Shown here piece after piece: positions 32,720-43,116 of a DNA stretch of 64,000 nt (position 1 is the stretch's first letter; each line of letters opens with the position of its first letter). The notes below the pieces were generated by a model. That model worked only from the letters and a program-made list of their open reading frames with translations, had not been told where the DNA came from and ran no database searches. Origin of the DNA: an uncultured Chloroflexia bacterium (lineage in GTDB: Bacteria > Chloroflexota > Limnocylindria > Limnocylindrales > CSP1-4); contig CAVYBU010000008.1 of NCBI GenBank assembly GCA_963766735.1, positions 288,001-352,000 on the forward strand. The letters are read 5' to 3'. The translations under genes were made by a program, and so were the position numbers.

Positions 32720-33529
32720 ATGCTGCAGCTGGCCGCCCTCGGGCGCGTCCTCCCGTTCGGCATCGGTGGGCGTCGGGCGCTGCTCCTGGTCGAGCGCAAC
32801 GTCCTCGTCTACAGGAACAGCTGGATGATCATCCTGTCCGGCTTCTTCGAGCCGCTGTTCTACCTGCTCGCGATCGGCCTGGGGATCGGTGGGATCGTGG
32901 GGGACATCCCCGGGCCCGACGGCACGATGATCCCGTATCCGGTCTTCGTGGCGCCGGCGCTGCTGGCGTCGGCGTCGATGAACGGGGCGATCGCCGAATC
33001 CACCTTCAACGTGTTCTTCAAGCTCAAGTTCCAGAAGACGTACGACGCCGTCCTGGCGACGCCGCTGGGCCCCGGCGACGTGGCGCTGGGCGAGATCGGC
33101 TGGGCGGTGATCCGGGCGACCCTGTACGCGTTGGGGTTCATCGTCGTGATCGTCCTCATGGGGCTCGTCGGGTCTCCGTGGGCGGTGTTCGCGGTCCCGG
33201 CAGCGACGCTGCTGGCATTCGCGTTCGCGGCGACCGGGATGGCGGCGACCACCTACATGCGCTCGTGGCAGGACTTCGACCTGATCAGCCTTGTCGTGCT
33301 GCCGCTGTTCCTGTTCAGCGGCACGTTCTACCCGCTCACGGCCTACCCGGAGCCCCTGCGCGTCCTCATCATGCTCACCCCGCTGTGGCAGGGGACCGAC
33401 ATGATCCGCGCGCTGGTCACGGGCTACGTGGAGCCGTCGATCCTGTGGCACGTGGCGTATCTCGGGACGATGGGGCTGGTCGGCCTGTCGATCGTGGGGC
33501 GCCGGCTCGACCGGCTGCTGCTCAAGTAG
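32720..33529 (+). CDS. ABC-2 type permease
   Basis: GFFEPLFYL, FVAPAL, PLFLFSGTFYP. Confidence 0.9.
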   Translation: MLQLAALGRVLPFGIGGRRALLLVERNVLVYRNSWMIILSGFFEPLFYLLAIGLGIGGIVGDIPGPDGTMIPYPVFVAPALLASASMNGAIAESTFNVFFKLKFQKTYDAVLATPLGPGDVALGEIGWAVIRATLYALGFIVVIVLMGLVGSPWAVFAVPAATLLAFAFAATGMAATTYMRSWQDFDLISLVVLPLFLFSGTFYPLTAYPEPLRVLIMLTPLWQGTDMIRALVTGYVEPSILWHVAYLGTMGLVGLSIVGRRLDRLLLK

Positions 33530-33630
33530 GGGCGAGGGCGCGGCGACGGATCGGGGCGCTGCGTTCTTCATCGTGGCTCCCCGTCGCGGCTCCCGACCAC
33601 GTTCGCCGTCGGGGCCGGTAGCATCCGTCG

Positions 33631-34371
33631 ATGCCCGCCACCGATCCGTCCGAAGTCCTTGCCGAGGCGCGCTCGGCCTCTGGCCCCGCAGCCCTCGGCG
33701 CCGCGATCCGCGATTGCCGCGCATGCCCCCGCCTGGTCGAGTGGCGCGAGGACCAGGCGAGGATCAAGGTCGCCCGCTTCCGCGACGAGACCTACTGGGG
33801 TCGCCCCGTCCCGGGTTTCGGTCCCGCCGACGCCCGGATCCTCCTCGTCGGCCTTGCCCCGGCGGCGCACGGCGCCAACCGCACGGGCCGCGTGTTCACG
33901 GGCGATGCCTCCGGGGACTTCCTCTGGCGCGCGCTCCATGCCGCCGGCCTCGCCAGCCAGCCCGATGGCCGCCGTGCAGGCGACGGGCTCGAGCTGCGCG
34001 GCACCCGTGTCGTCGCGGCGGTCCGGTGTGCGCCCCCGGCCAACAAGCCCACCCCGCTGGAGCAGGCAACCTGCCGACCATGGCTCATCCGAGAGCTGGA
34101 GGTCATGGCGGAGCTCGCGGTCATCATTCCGCTCGGCGCCATCGGCTGGGCTGCATCCCTGCGGACCCTGGCCGCCCTCGGCCACGCGACCCCGACACCG
34201 GGACCGCGCTTCGGCCACGGCGCAGAGGCGCGGATCGGCCCGTACGCACTGGTTGGCTCCTATCACCCGAGCCAGCAGAACACGTTCACCGGTGTCCTGA
34301 CCCCGCCGATGCTGGGTGACGTCCTGGAGCGGGCGAAGGCGCTGGCCGGGCTCGCGCCCCGGAGCCGATAG
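33631..34371 (+). CDS. uracil-DNA glycosylase, family 5 (UdgB-like, Fe-S)
   Basis: CRACPRL, GLAPAAHGANRTGRVFTGD, YHPSQQN. Confidence 0.93.
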   Translation: MPATDPSEVLAEARSASGPAALGAAIRDCRACPRLVEWREDQARIKVARFRDETYWGRPVPGFGPADARILLVGLAPAAHGANRTGRVFTGDASGDFLWRALHAAGLASQPDGRRAGDGLELRGTRVVAAVRCAPPANKPTPLEQATCRPWLIRELEVMAELAVIIPLGAIGWAASLRTLAALGHATPTPGPRFGHGAEARIGPYALVGSYHPSQQNTFTGVLTPPMLGDVLERAKALAGLAPRSR

Positions 34372-34384
34372 ACTCTCCTTGCCC

Positions 34385-35509
34385 ATGGCAGCAGAGCGCG
34401 ATTTCTACGAAGTGCTCGGCGTCGAGCGTACGGCCAACGACGCCGAGATCAAGCGCGCCTACCGCAAGCTCGCCCAGCAGTGGCACCCCGACGTCAACAA
34501 GGAAGCCGCGGCGCAGGATCGCTTCAAGGAGGTCAACGAGGCCTACCAGGTCCTGGGCGATCCGCAGCGCCGGCAGACCTACGACATGTTCGGCCGGGCG
34601 GGCCTCGGTGCTGCTGGGGGAGCGGGCGGAGACCCCGGCTTCGGCACTGCGGGCTTCGGCGGCTTCTCGGACATCTTTGACGCGTTCTTCGGCGGCGCGG
34701 CGGCCGGTGGCGCAAGGCGGGGACGGCCAACCACGGGCTCGGACCTCCGCTATGACCTGCGCATCTCATTTGTCGAGGCCGTGCTGGGCACCGAGAAGGA
34801 GATCGAGTTCCCGGTCCTCGGCGCCTGCGACACGTGCGGCGGCACCGGTGCGAAGGCGGGAACGTCGCCCGTCCAGTGCACGCAGTGCAACGGGCGCGGC
34901 GAGGTCCGCTCCATCCGCAACACGATGCTGGGCCAGATGGTCAGCGCATCCCCGTGCCCCCGCTGTCGTGGTGAGGGCAGGATCGTGGAGTCGCCGTGCG
35001 ACGGCTGCCGTGGCGAGGGCCGCACCGAGCGCCGTCGGAGCCTGCGCGTGACGATCCCGGCCGGTATCGACGAGGGTCACCAGATCCGTCTCTCCAACGA
35101 GGGCGAGACGGGGCCGCGGGGCGGCGCGCCGGGGAGCCTGTACGTCGCCGTGCACGTCGCAGATCACCCGTCCCTCACCCGAGAGGGCACGGAGCTCATC
35201 TACGAGGCCGAGATCTCGATCGCCCAGGCCGCGCTGGGGACGAAGCTGAACGTGCCCACGGTCGAGGGCGACGGCACGGAGGTCGAGATCAAGGCCGGCA
35301 CCCAGCCCGGGACGGAGATCCGGCTCCGTGGCCGCGGCGTGCCGCACCTGCGGCGCCAGTCGGTGCGCGGCGACCTCCACGTCGTCGTCAACGTCAGCGT
35401 CCCGACGAAGCTGTCGAAGCGCGAGCGCGAGCTGCTGGAGGCATACGCGAAGGAGGCCGGCGAGGGCGTCTCTGCCGGTGGCGGGCTGCGCGAGAAGCTG
35501 GGCCTGTGA
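34385..35509 (+). CDS. dnaJ: chaperone DnaJ
   Basis: J domain with HPD, G/F region, four CxxCxGxG repeats. Confidence 0.98.
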   Translation: MAAERDFYEVLGVERTANDAEIKRAYRKLAQQWHPDVNKEAAAQDRFKEVNEAYQVLGDPQRRQTYDMFGRAGLGAAGGAGGDPGFGTAGFGGFSDIFDAFFGGAAAGGARRGRPTTGSDLRYDLRISFVEAVLGTEKEIEFPVLGACDTCGGTGAKAGTSPVQCTQCNGRGEVRSIRNTMLGQMVSASPCPRCRGEGRIVESPCDGCRGEGRTERRRSLRVTIPAGIDEGHQIRLSNEGETGPRGGAPGSLYVAVHVADHPSLTREGTELIYEAEISIAQAALGTKLNVPTVEGDGTEVEIKAGTQPGTEIRLRGRGVPHLRRQSVRGDLHVVVNVSVPTKLSKRERELLEAYAKEAGEGVSAGGGLREKLGL

Positions 35510-36558
35510 GCGCGAGGCCCCCGGCCTCGGCCGAGTCCGGGGCCGAGGCGATCGCGGATCCGCTCGCCGGCATCGATCTCGCCGCTGCTGCGGCCATGCC
35601 GGGCACCTGGCTGGAGCTCTCCGTTGCCGCCGACCACGAGGCCGTCGAGGCAGTCTCCGAGATCCTGTCCCGGGCCGCGCCCGGAGGGACCAGCGTGGAG
35701 CCCGCGTTCGAGCTGGTCGAAGAGGGCCTCGCCGCCCGCGTGGACCTCGCCCGGCCGGCGATGGTCCGCGCCCATCTCCCGATCCTGGACGTCGGAGCGA
35801 TCCGCGCGGCCGTCTCACGGGCGGACCGGGAGCTCGGCCACCTCCAGGCGTTCGGCATGCGGCCGATCGGCGACCTGGCCGCGGCCATCGTCCTGGAGGC
35901 CGACTGGGCCAACGCCTGGAAGGCGCACTTCCCCGTGCTCCGCGTGGGCCGGCGCATCGTCATCCGGCCCACCTGGCGGCGTCACCGGCGGCAGCCGGAC
36001 GACGTCGTGCTCGCCCTGGACCCCGGCATGGCGTTCGGCACCGGGCTCCACCCGACCACCCGCCTCTGCCTCGCCGCGCTCGAGTCGCTGGCGGACCGAG
36101 GGGTCCTGGAGCGCGGCGGGGCGGACGGTGGGCCCTCGCGCGTCCTGGACGTTGGATCCGGATCCGGGATCCTGTCGATCGCGGCGGCCAGGCTCGGTGC
36201 GCGGAGCGTCCTGGCGGTGGACGTGGACCCGATCGCGGTGGCGGCGAGCACGGCCAATGCGCGGCGCAACCGCCTGGCGCGCGTGATCCGCGCCCGCGAG
36301 GGGAGCGCGCCGAGCGGCGAGGGCCCGTTCGACGTGGTCCTGGCGAACCTCATCGCGTCGCTGCTGATAACGCTTGCGGACGGCCTGGCGGCGGACCTGG
36401 GGCCGGGCGGCACCCTGATCGCGTCCGGGATCTTCCTGACCCGCGAGGCGGACGTCGTCGAGGCTCTCGCCGCCCGCGGCCTGGATGTCGCCAACCGGTG
36501 GGCCGAAGGCGACTGGGTCGCACTCGAGCTCCACGGCCCTTCGGCGGATTCCGCCTGA
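35506..36558 (+). CDS. prmA: ribosomal protein L11 methyltransferase
   Basis: DWANAWK, LDPGMAFGTGLHPTT, LDVGSGSGILS. Confidence 0.95.
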   Translation: MSARPPASAESGAEAIADPLAGIDLAAAAAMPGTWLELSVAADHEAVEAVSEILSRAAPGGTSVEPAFELVEEGLAARVDLARPAMVRAHLPILDVGAIRAAVSRADRELGHLQAFGMRPIGDLAAAIVLEADWANAWKAHFPVLRVGRRIVIRPTWRRHRRQPDDVVLALDPGMAFGTGLHPTTRLCLAALESLADRGVLERGGADGGPSRVLDVGSGSGILSIAAARLGARSVLAVDVDPIAVAASTANARRNRLARVIRAREGSAPSGEGPFDVVLANLIASLLITLADGLAADLGPGGTLIASGIFLTREADVVEALAARGLDVANRWAEGDWVALELHGPSADSA

Positions 36559-36644
36559 CCGGAGGGGCGGCTGCAGGCGTGACGGCGCTGCGCGGATGCC
36601 CGCACAAGTGCTCCCCGCGGTCCCTGCGCTACGATCCGGCCCCA

Positions 36645-37133
36645 ATGCCGGACCTGTCCTTCCTGTTCCCGTACATCCTTGCGACGCACATCAGCCTGGC
36701 GATCGCGCTGTTCGTGCCCAGCCTGCTTCTGCCGTTCACGCTCCGCAACCGCCTCGTCAACCGCGGCTACGACGCGCCGCAGTCCGGCCGTTTCGTGGGG
36801 CTGATGCTCGCGATGCAGGCGCGTGGAGGGATCGTCATCGGCGCGGGCCTTGCGCTGACCGGCCTCGCGATGGTCGCGGTTCTCGGGACGCGCATCCTGG
36901 AGCAGCCGTGGCTGATGGTCAGCCTCGCGATGTATGCGGCCACGGCGGTCGTCGCCTTCGCGATCCAGCGGCCGACGTTGCGCCGCCTCGTCCGCCGTGA
37001 CGGGATCGAGACCGACGAGGAGCGCGAGGCCTGGCGCGCAAAGGCCCGGGGTCAGCGATACATCGCCTACGCGATCACCACCGCCGTGGGGCTCATCGCG
37101 TTCCTGATGTCCACGAAGCCCGTCCTGTGGTGA
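36645..37133 (+). CDS. 4-TM membrane protein (DUF2269-like)
   Basis: N-terminal H motif, LTG, W, C-terminal FLMSTKP; ATG 9 nt after TACGAT. Confidence 0.7.
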   Translation: MPDLSFLFPYILATHISLAIALFVPSLLLPFTLRNRLVNRGYDAPQSGRFVGLMLAMQARGGIVIGAGLALTGLAMVAVLGTRILEQPWLMVSLAMYAATAVVAFAIQRPTLRRLVRRDGIETDEEREAWRAKARGQRYIAYAITTAVGLIAFLMSTKPVLW

Positions 37134-38671
37134 GCGCCGGCCGCGCGGTTCGAGCAGCAGCCCCGGACGCGGCGGATGGCGCGCGTCCCCGGTCCGCCGC
37201 CATCGTCAACCTCGGCTGCAAGGTCAACCAGTCCGAGATGGAGGCCGCGGCCCGGCTCCTGCGCGAGGCGGGCGTCCCGCTCGTGGACCCGCACGATGCC
37301 GCGGACCTGTACCTCGTGAACACCTGCACCGTCACCTCCACCGCGGACGAGAAGTCCCGAGCCGCCGTCCGGCGTGCGCGTCGCGCGAACCCGGAGGCAC
37401 AGGTCGTCGTGACCGGCTGCTCCGTCGCGGTGGACCCGGCGGTCTTCGCCGCCGTGGACGCCCGCGCCCGCCTGGTGGGCAACGATGACAAGGCCGCATT
37501 CCTGGCGGAGCTGGAGACGCTGCTGCGGATCGGCGGAGCCCCGGACGTGGGTGATCAGCCGGGCTCACCGCTTGATGCCGCCCTGCCCACCCTGTCCGGC
37601 GTGGAAGCGGTCAGCGCCGGCCGCATCGACGGCATCGCGGACGATCGCGCGTCGGTCGAGCGCACCCGCGCCTTCGTCAAGGTCCAGGACGGATGCTCGT
37701 TCCACTGCACGTACTGCATCATCCCGCGAGCCCGCGGCGACGAACGATCCCTCTCCCCGGAGGTCGTGCTGGCGGACGTGCGGCGCGCGCTGGCGGCCGG
37801 ACACCGGGAGATCGTGCTGACCGGGATCAACATCGGCACGTACGACGGGGGCTGGTCGGAGCGAGGTGCACGCGGCTCCCACGTGCGCGCCGCGCTGACC
37901 CTGGCCGGCCTGGTCCGGCGGATCCTGGCCGAGACGCCCGCGGAGCGGATCCGTCTCAGCTCGATCGAGCCCCAGCACGTGGACGAGGAGCTCCTCGCCG
38001 CCTGGGTCGACGGCGCGCCACGCACGCTCCCGCACCTGCACCTGCCGCTCCAGTCCGGCGACGACGGGGTGCTGCGCCGCATGGGCCGCCGCTACGGTTC
38101 CGACGACTACGCGCGCGTCGTGGAGCGCGTCCGGGACGCGATCCCCGGCGTGGCGATCCACGCGGACGTCATCGCGGGCTTCCCGACTGAGGACGAGGCG
38201 GCGTTCGCGCGGTCCATCGCGTTCATCCGGGGGCTGGACCCGGCCGGGCTGCACGTCTTCCGGTACTCGGCGCGGCCGGGGACACCCGCGACCCGGATGG
38301 AGGGCGCGGTGGACGAGAGGACGAAGAAGGTGCGCGCGGGCGAGCTGCTGGCGGTGGCCGCGGACGCGCGCGCCGGGTTCGCACGGCGGGGGCTGGGGAC
38401 GGAGACGCGTGTCCTGGTCGAGACCCGGCTGCCGGATGGCCGATGGGTGGGCCACGCCGAGGACCACGTGCTGGTGGCGGTGACGAGGCGTCCGCGCGAT
38501 CCGGCCGACCTCGAGAATGCGATCCTGACGGTGCGCCGGGCGGCGATCGACCCCGACGTCGCCGAGCGCGTCACGGGTGCGATGCTCCACGTTGACCCGG
38601 CGCCGCGTACCCTGCGGGCGACGCTGCCCGTGCTCGCCGGCTCGCCGGCCCAGATCGGAGGAGACGCATGA
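37130..38671 (+). CDS. mtaB: tRNA methylthiotransferase (MtaB-like, MiaB/RimO family)
   Basis: LGCKVNQ, NTCTVT, VTGC, VQDGCSFHCTYC; position downstream of prmA. Confidence 0.88.
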   Translation: MSAGRAVRAAAPDAADGARPRSAAIVNLGCKVNQSEMEAAARLLREAGVPLVDPHDAADLYLVNTCTVTSTADEKSRAAVRRARRANPEAQVVVTGCSVAVDPAVFAAVDARARLVGNDDKAAFLAELETLLRIGGAPDVGDQPGSPLDAALPTLSGVEAVSAGRIDGIADDRASVERTRAFVKVQDGCSFHCTYCIIPRARGDERSLSPEVVLADVRRALAAGHREIVLTGINIGTYDGGWSERGARGSHVRAALTLAGLVRRILAETPAERIRLSSIEPQHVDEELLAAWVDGAPRTLPHLHLPLQSGDDGVLRRMGRRYGSDDYARVVERVRDAIPGVAIHADVIAGFPTEDEAAFARSIAFIRGLDPAGLHVFRYSARPGTPATRMEGAVDERTKKVRAGELLAVAADARAGFARRGLGTETRVLVETRLPDGRWVGHAEDHVLVAVTRRPRDPADLENAILTVRRAAIDPDVAERVTGAMLHVDPAPRTLRATLPVLAGSPAQIGGDA

Positions 38672-39012
38672 GTGATGACTGCCTGTTCTGCAGGATGGCC
38701 ACCGGCCAGATCCAGGTCGCGCGCCTCCACGAGGACGGCCTCGTGTTCGCCATCCGCGACATCAATCCGCAGGCACCCACCCACGTCCTCGTCGTGCCCA
38801 GGGCCCACATCGTGTCGGCGGCCGAGCTGACGGACGAGTCCGGGCCGCTCCTGGGGCGGCTGTTCGCCGTCGCGGCCGAGATCGCTGCACGCGAGGGCCT
38901 CGATGGCGGCTGGAGGCTCGTGAGCAACGTCGGCGCGGACGCCGGGCAGTCCGTGGCGCATCTCCACGTCCACCTGCTCGGCGGGCGCGCGATGGGCTGG
39001 CCGCCCGGATGA
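38668..39012 (+). CDS. histidine triad (HIT) nucleotide-binding protein
   Basis: CLFC, DINPQAPTH, GQSVAHLHVH. Confidence 0.95.
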   Translation: MSDDCLFCRMATGQIQVARLHEDGLVFAIRDINPQAPTHVLVVPRAHIVSAAELTDESGPLLGRLFAVAAEIAAREGLDGGWRLVSNVGADAGQSVAHLHVHLLGGRAMGWPPG

Positions 39013-39599
39013 CGGGTTCGCCCGACCACGGCGGCACCGATGCCACCACACCGTCCCGCCGTGGCGGCGGTCCGCCGCTCGTGATCGCGGGGCTCGCCAT
39101 CGGCAGCCTCGCACTGGGCGTGTTGCTGATGATCGTCTCGGCGCTGGGCCTCGGTACCGGAACCGGCGCCACGCCCACCACGGTGCCCGACGGCGAGGCC
39201 GCGCGGCTCACCCACGCTCTCGTCGTCAAGGCGCTCGGGGATGCGTCGTTCCAGGTCCAGGACCCGCCCAACGACTACCGCCCGGGCGAGAGCCCGGAGC
39301 TGTACTCCGTGCCGCGCGGCCTCGTCCAGGTGATCGTCCCGTCCGAGCCCGAGGGCGAGCACGTCGTGATCTACGAGCTCCCGTCCGCCAACGAGGCGGA
39401 CCGCGTGGGGCGCGAGTTCGCGGCGTACCTGGCCAGCGGGACAGGTGCCATCCAGTACCCACGCGATTCGCGGTTCGTCATCCGGCGGGTCGGCCAGACG
39501 CTGGTGTTCTTCCCGTGGTCGCCGTCGGCCTCCGCGGACCCACGTGTCGCGGAGCTGGCGGCCGTTCTGGAGACGGTGGGGACGGCGGTCGGGCCGTGA
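39009..39599 (+). CDS. hypothetical membrane-anchored protein
   Basis: Single N-terminal hydrophobic helix; ATGA overlap with the HIT gene. Confidence 0.7.
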   Translation: MTGSPDHGGTDATTPSRRGGGPPLVIAGLAIGSLALGVLLMIVSALGLGTGTGATPTTVPDGEAARLTHALVVKALGDASFQVQDPPNDYRPGESPELYSVPRGLVQVIVPSEPEGEHVVIYELPSANEADRVGREFAAYLASGTGAIQYPRDSRFVIRRVGQTLVFFPWSPSASADPRVAELAAVLETVGTAVGP

Positions 39600-39651
39600 G
39601 TGAGGGCCGCGAACCCCGGGCGATGGCGGGATCCTGCCACACGGCGCGGAC

Positions 39652-40107
39652 GTGATCCAGACGTTCCGCGCCACGATCCAGCAGACCGGCAAGACCGCGT
39701 GCGGTATCCAGGTGCCCGAGGAGGTCGTCGTGGGCTTGGGTGGGAGCAAGCGCCCGGCCGTCGTGGTCAGCCTGGATGGCTATACCTACCGGTCCACCGT
39801 CGCGCCGATGGGGGACGAGTGGTGGGTGGGCGTCAACTCCGACCACCGCGCCGCGTCCGGCCTCAAGGCCGGCGACGAGGTCCAGGCGATTCTCGACCTG
39901 GACACGGCGCCCCGCGAGCTTGCGGTTCCTCCGGAGCTGGCTGCTGCCCTCGAGGCGGATCCGGTCGCGAAGGCGTTCTTCGACGGGCTCTCGTACAGCA
40001 ACAAGCGGGTGTTCACGCTCAGCGTGGAGGGGACGAACAACCCGGAGACGAAGGCCCGACGGGTCGAGAAGGCAATCGCCCTGATGCGCGAGGGCCGCGT
40101 CCGCTAG
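39652..40107 (+). CDS. DUF1905 / YdeI-OmpD-associated family protein
   Basis: RPAVVVSLDGYTYRSTV, VPPELAAAL, LSYS, ETKARRVEKA. Confidence 0.85.
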   Translation: MIQTFRATIQQTGKTACGIQVPEEVVVGLGGSKRPAVVVSLDGYTYRSTVAPMGDEWWVGVNSDHRAASGLKAGDEVQAILDLDTAPRELAVPPELAAALEADPVAKAFFDGLSYSNKRVFTLSVEGTNNPETKARRVEKAIALMREGRVR

Positions 40108-41777
40108 GCGGCTGGCCCGTCGTCGTCCACCGGCAGCGGAGCGTCGACCGCAGCCCACGAGCGGACGGGTTCGCGCTTCACCTTGAACGTGTGCGTGCGC
40201 GGGAAGTCCACCTCCGGCCAGAGCCGCCAGCCGGCGATGCGCTGGTTGGGGCCCAGCGCCGCGTTCGCCCGCTTGACGGCCGCCTCGATCGCCGTCCGGA
40301 CCTCCTCCGGCGACGAGACTTCGAGCGGCGGCGTGGCGCGCGCGTCGCCCGGCGAAGCGTGCGACTGCGGTGCCAGCACGACGGCCTCGATCCGCCCGGG
40401 CCTCGTCTCGAGCACGACGGAATCGCGGATCCCGGCCACACGCAGCGCGTTCTCGAGGTCTTCGGGGTACACGTTGAACCCGTTGGGCAGGACGATGATG
40501 TCCTTCTTGCGCCCCTGCAGGTGGAGCCGGCCCTTCTCGTCGAGCCGGCCGAGGTCGCCGGACTTGTACCAGCCGTCTTCCGTGAAGGCCGCGGCCGTCG
40601 CCTCTGGGTTGTTCCAGTAGGCCTTGAACACGTTGGGGCCCCTGAACTGGATCTCACCGTCCTCCGCGATCCGCAGCTCGATGGGCTTTGGAGGCCAGCC
40701 CACGCAACCGGTCGGGTGGTCGTCCATCGTTGTGCAGCAGCCCGCCGCGGTCTCCGTGGAGCCGTATCCCTGGAGGACGATGACGCCCATGTCCTCCCAC
40801 GCCTGCTGGAGCGCGGGCGGCAGGAACGCGCCGGCCGCGACGAACAGGCGCACGCCGCCGCCGAGCTGCGTGTGGACGCTCCGGAACAGCAGGCGCCGGG
40901 CGCGGTACGGCAGCCGCCGCGCAACTGCCCGCATCCGGTTGAACGTCGCCGTCCGGCCCTGTTTCTCCACCTCGCGCTCGACCGCGCTCCAGAACAGGTC
41001 CAGCAGCTGCGGCACGAGCAGCATCGAGGTGACGCGGTGCTCCCGCAGCGAGTCGAAGATGACCCGCGGGTTCCGGCTCCGGACATACAGGATGTCGGCG
41101 CCGACGTCCATCCCGTAGAACAGCGAGACCGCCTGCTCCAGCGAGTGCGAGAGTGGGAGCAGCGAGACGATCCGGTGTTCTATCGGGTTGATGATCCGGT
41201 GGAAGGAGCTCACGCCGGCCAGGACGCTGCCGTGGGTGAGCATCACGCCCTTGGGTTTGCCGGTGGTGCCCGAGGTGAACACCAGCTGGAACGTGTCGTC
41301 GGTGGCCGGACGTTCCCAGCCGGCGACCTGCGCCTCCCAGTCGGCCGGGAAGGTCTCGTCCGGATCCGCAGACAGCTCCTCGATGATCGTGGTCGGGAAC
41401 GTCTCCAGCCCTACCTCGCCGGGATCCGGCGCGTCCCGCCCGGAGCCCACCAGGAGCCGGACGGCGCCCGACGCCGAGATGATGTTCGTGATCGCGTCGG
41501 TGGACATGCGCGAATCGAGCGGCACGTAGATCAGCCGTGCGTACATCGCGCCGTAGTAGGCGGCCGGCAGGGCCGGCGTGGACGGAGACCAGGTCAGGAC
41601 CCGGTCACCGGGCTGCAGACCCAGTGCCCGGAGCCGCCAGCCGGCGATCCGGCCGCGGCGCAGCACCTCGCGATAGCTCCAGTGGAACGTGGTGCCGTCG
41701 TCACGGCGGAGGCCGAGCGCGTCGCGGTCCCCGAACCGCGCGGCGCTGCCCTCGAGGAGATCGAGCAACGTCTCCAT
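40104..41777 (-). CDS. long-chain fatty-acid--CoA ligase / AMP-binding enzyme
   Basis: FTSGTTGKPKGV, QGYGSTE, WYKSGDLG, GRKKD. Confidence 0.9.
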   Translation of the reverse strand: METLLDLLEGSAARFGDRDALGLRRDDGTTFHWSYREVLRRGRIAGWRLRALGLQPGDRVLTWSPSTPALPAAYYGAMYARLIYVPLDSRMSTDAITNIISASGAVRLLVGSGRDAPDPGEVGLETFPTTIIEELSADPDETFPADWEAQVAGWERPATDDTFQLVFTSGTTGKPKGVMLTHGSVLAGVSSFHRIINPIEHRIVSLLPLSHSLEQAVSLFYGMDVGADILYVRSRNPRVIFDSLREHRVTSMLLVPQLLDLFWSAVEREVEKQGRTATFNRMRAVARRLPYRARRLLFRSVHTQLGGGVRLFVAAGAFLPPALQQAWEDMGVIVLQGYGSTETAAGCCTTMDDHPTGCVGWPPKPIELRIAEDGEIQFRGPNVFKAYWNNPEATAAAFTEDGWYKSGDLGRLDEKGRLHLQGRKKDIIVLPNGFNVYPEDLENALRVAGIRDSVVLETRPGRIEAVVLAPQSHASPGDARATPPLEVSSPEEVRTAIEAAVKRANAALGPNQRIAGWRLWPEVDFPRTHTFKVKREPVRSWAAVDAPLPVDDDGPAA

Positions 41778-41868
41778 GATCGGCCGATCCTAGTCGGAAC
41801 CGCGGCAGCGGGGAAGGGGCGAATGTCATTCGGCTGCCCGGTCAGGCCAGCCAGGCCGGCCGCGCCGG

Positions 41869-43116
41869 TCAGGCCGTGGCGCCGCTCACGTGGCGAGTCT
41901 CCGGCAGCAGCGCGATGAACGGGAGCGCGAGGAGCGCGGCGGCGGCCGAGATCATCAGGGCCGGCTGCAGGCCGATCACGTCGCCCAGCGCACCGACCAC
42001 GACCGTCCCGAGCGCGCTCGTCATCGTGATGGCGAAGATCGTCAGGCCAACAGCGGCGCCGCGATTCTCGGGCATCAGCTCCTGCATGACCACCAGCTGG
42101 ACGGGCCCGGCACTGAGGAGCGCCATGCCGGCCAGGCCCAGCAAGGCCAGCATCGCCGGCCCGATGGGCATCGCGAGGGCGAGGATCAGGAGCGGGGACC
42201 CGACGGCGCACGAGATCGCGAGCATCCGCCGCCGTCCGATGCGGTCCGACAGGGTGCCGCCCATGAACGCTCCGACCGCCCCGCCGATCGAGAACGCGGT
42301 GACCGCCAGCCCGGCCAGGAGGATGTCCGCGCCGGCTCCGGTGAGATACGTCGGCACGAACACGAGCAGGCCGACGCTGGCCAGCGACAGCATCGCGCTC
42401 GCTCCGGCCAGGAGCAGGAACCCGCGTCCGGCCGTGCGCAGGGCCGCCAGGGTGGAGCCCGCCGGGTGGGTGAGGTGGACGCTCGGACGGTGGGCCAGGC
42501 GGAGGTACAGGACGGCCGACGCGACGATGCCCGGGACGATGGCGACCCAGCTCCAGCCGAGACCGACCACGGCGAGGACCGCGGCGATCACCACCGGACC
42601 GAGCGCCCGCCCCGACTCGCCCCCGGCCATGAAGATCGATGTCCCACGGCCCCACTCCGTACCGGAGGCGCGGGTGACCAGCACGGCGGCCGCGGGATGG
42701 AAGACCGATGAGCTGATCCCAGCCACCACCAGCAGCACGGCGACGATGCCCACGGCCGGAGCCACGCCGAGCAGCCCGATCGCGAGCGCCGTGACCGCCG
42801 GCGCCAGGATGATCCAGGAGCGGGTGTCCGCTCGATCGGCGATGTGACCCAGGATGGGCTGGACCGCTGTCGCGAGGCGGAACGTCGCCGCCAGCAACCC
42901 GGCCACCGCCAGGCTGATCCCCAGCTTCGGGATCAGGAGCGGGAGCAGCACGCCGACGAACGCCGGGTAGCTGTCGTGGATCAGGTGCGCGGCCGAGACG
43001 GCCAGGATCGTCGGGGTCTCGAACCGGCGATTGACGGTCGGGATCGACGGAGCTGCAGGGCTGGGCGATGCGGCCGCCTCGGACGGCGCAGGCGAGTCTG
43101 TGACGGGGGCGGTCAT
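41869..43116 (-). CDS. MFS transporter (Fsr-like)
   Basis: AHLIHDSY, QPILGHIADR, VFHP, GTLSDRIGRR. Confidence 0.88.
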   Translation of the reverse strand: MTAPVTDSPAPSEAAASPSPAAPSIPTVNRRFETPTILAVSAAHLIHDSYPAFVGVLLPLLIPKLGISLAVAGLLAATFRLATAVQPILGHIADRADTRSWIILAPAVTALAIGLLGVAPAVGIVAVLLVVAGISSSVFHPAAAVLVTRASGTEWGRGTSIFMAGGESGRALGPVVIAAVLAVVGLGWSWVAIVPGIVASAVLYLRLAHRPSVHLTHPAGSTLAALRTAGRGFLLLAGASAMLSLASVGLLVFVPTYLTGAGADILLAGLAVTAFSIGGAVGAFMGGTLSDRIGRRRMLAISCAVGSPLLILALAMPIGPAMLALLGLAGMALLSAGPVQLVVMQELMPENRGAAVGLTIFAITMTSALGTVVVGALGDVIGLQPALMISAAAALLALPFIALLPETRHVSGATA

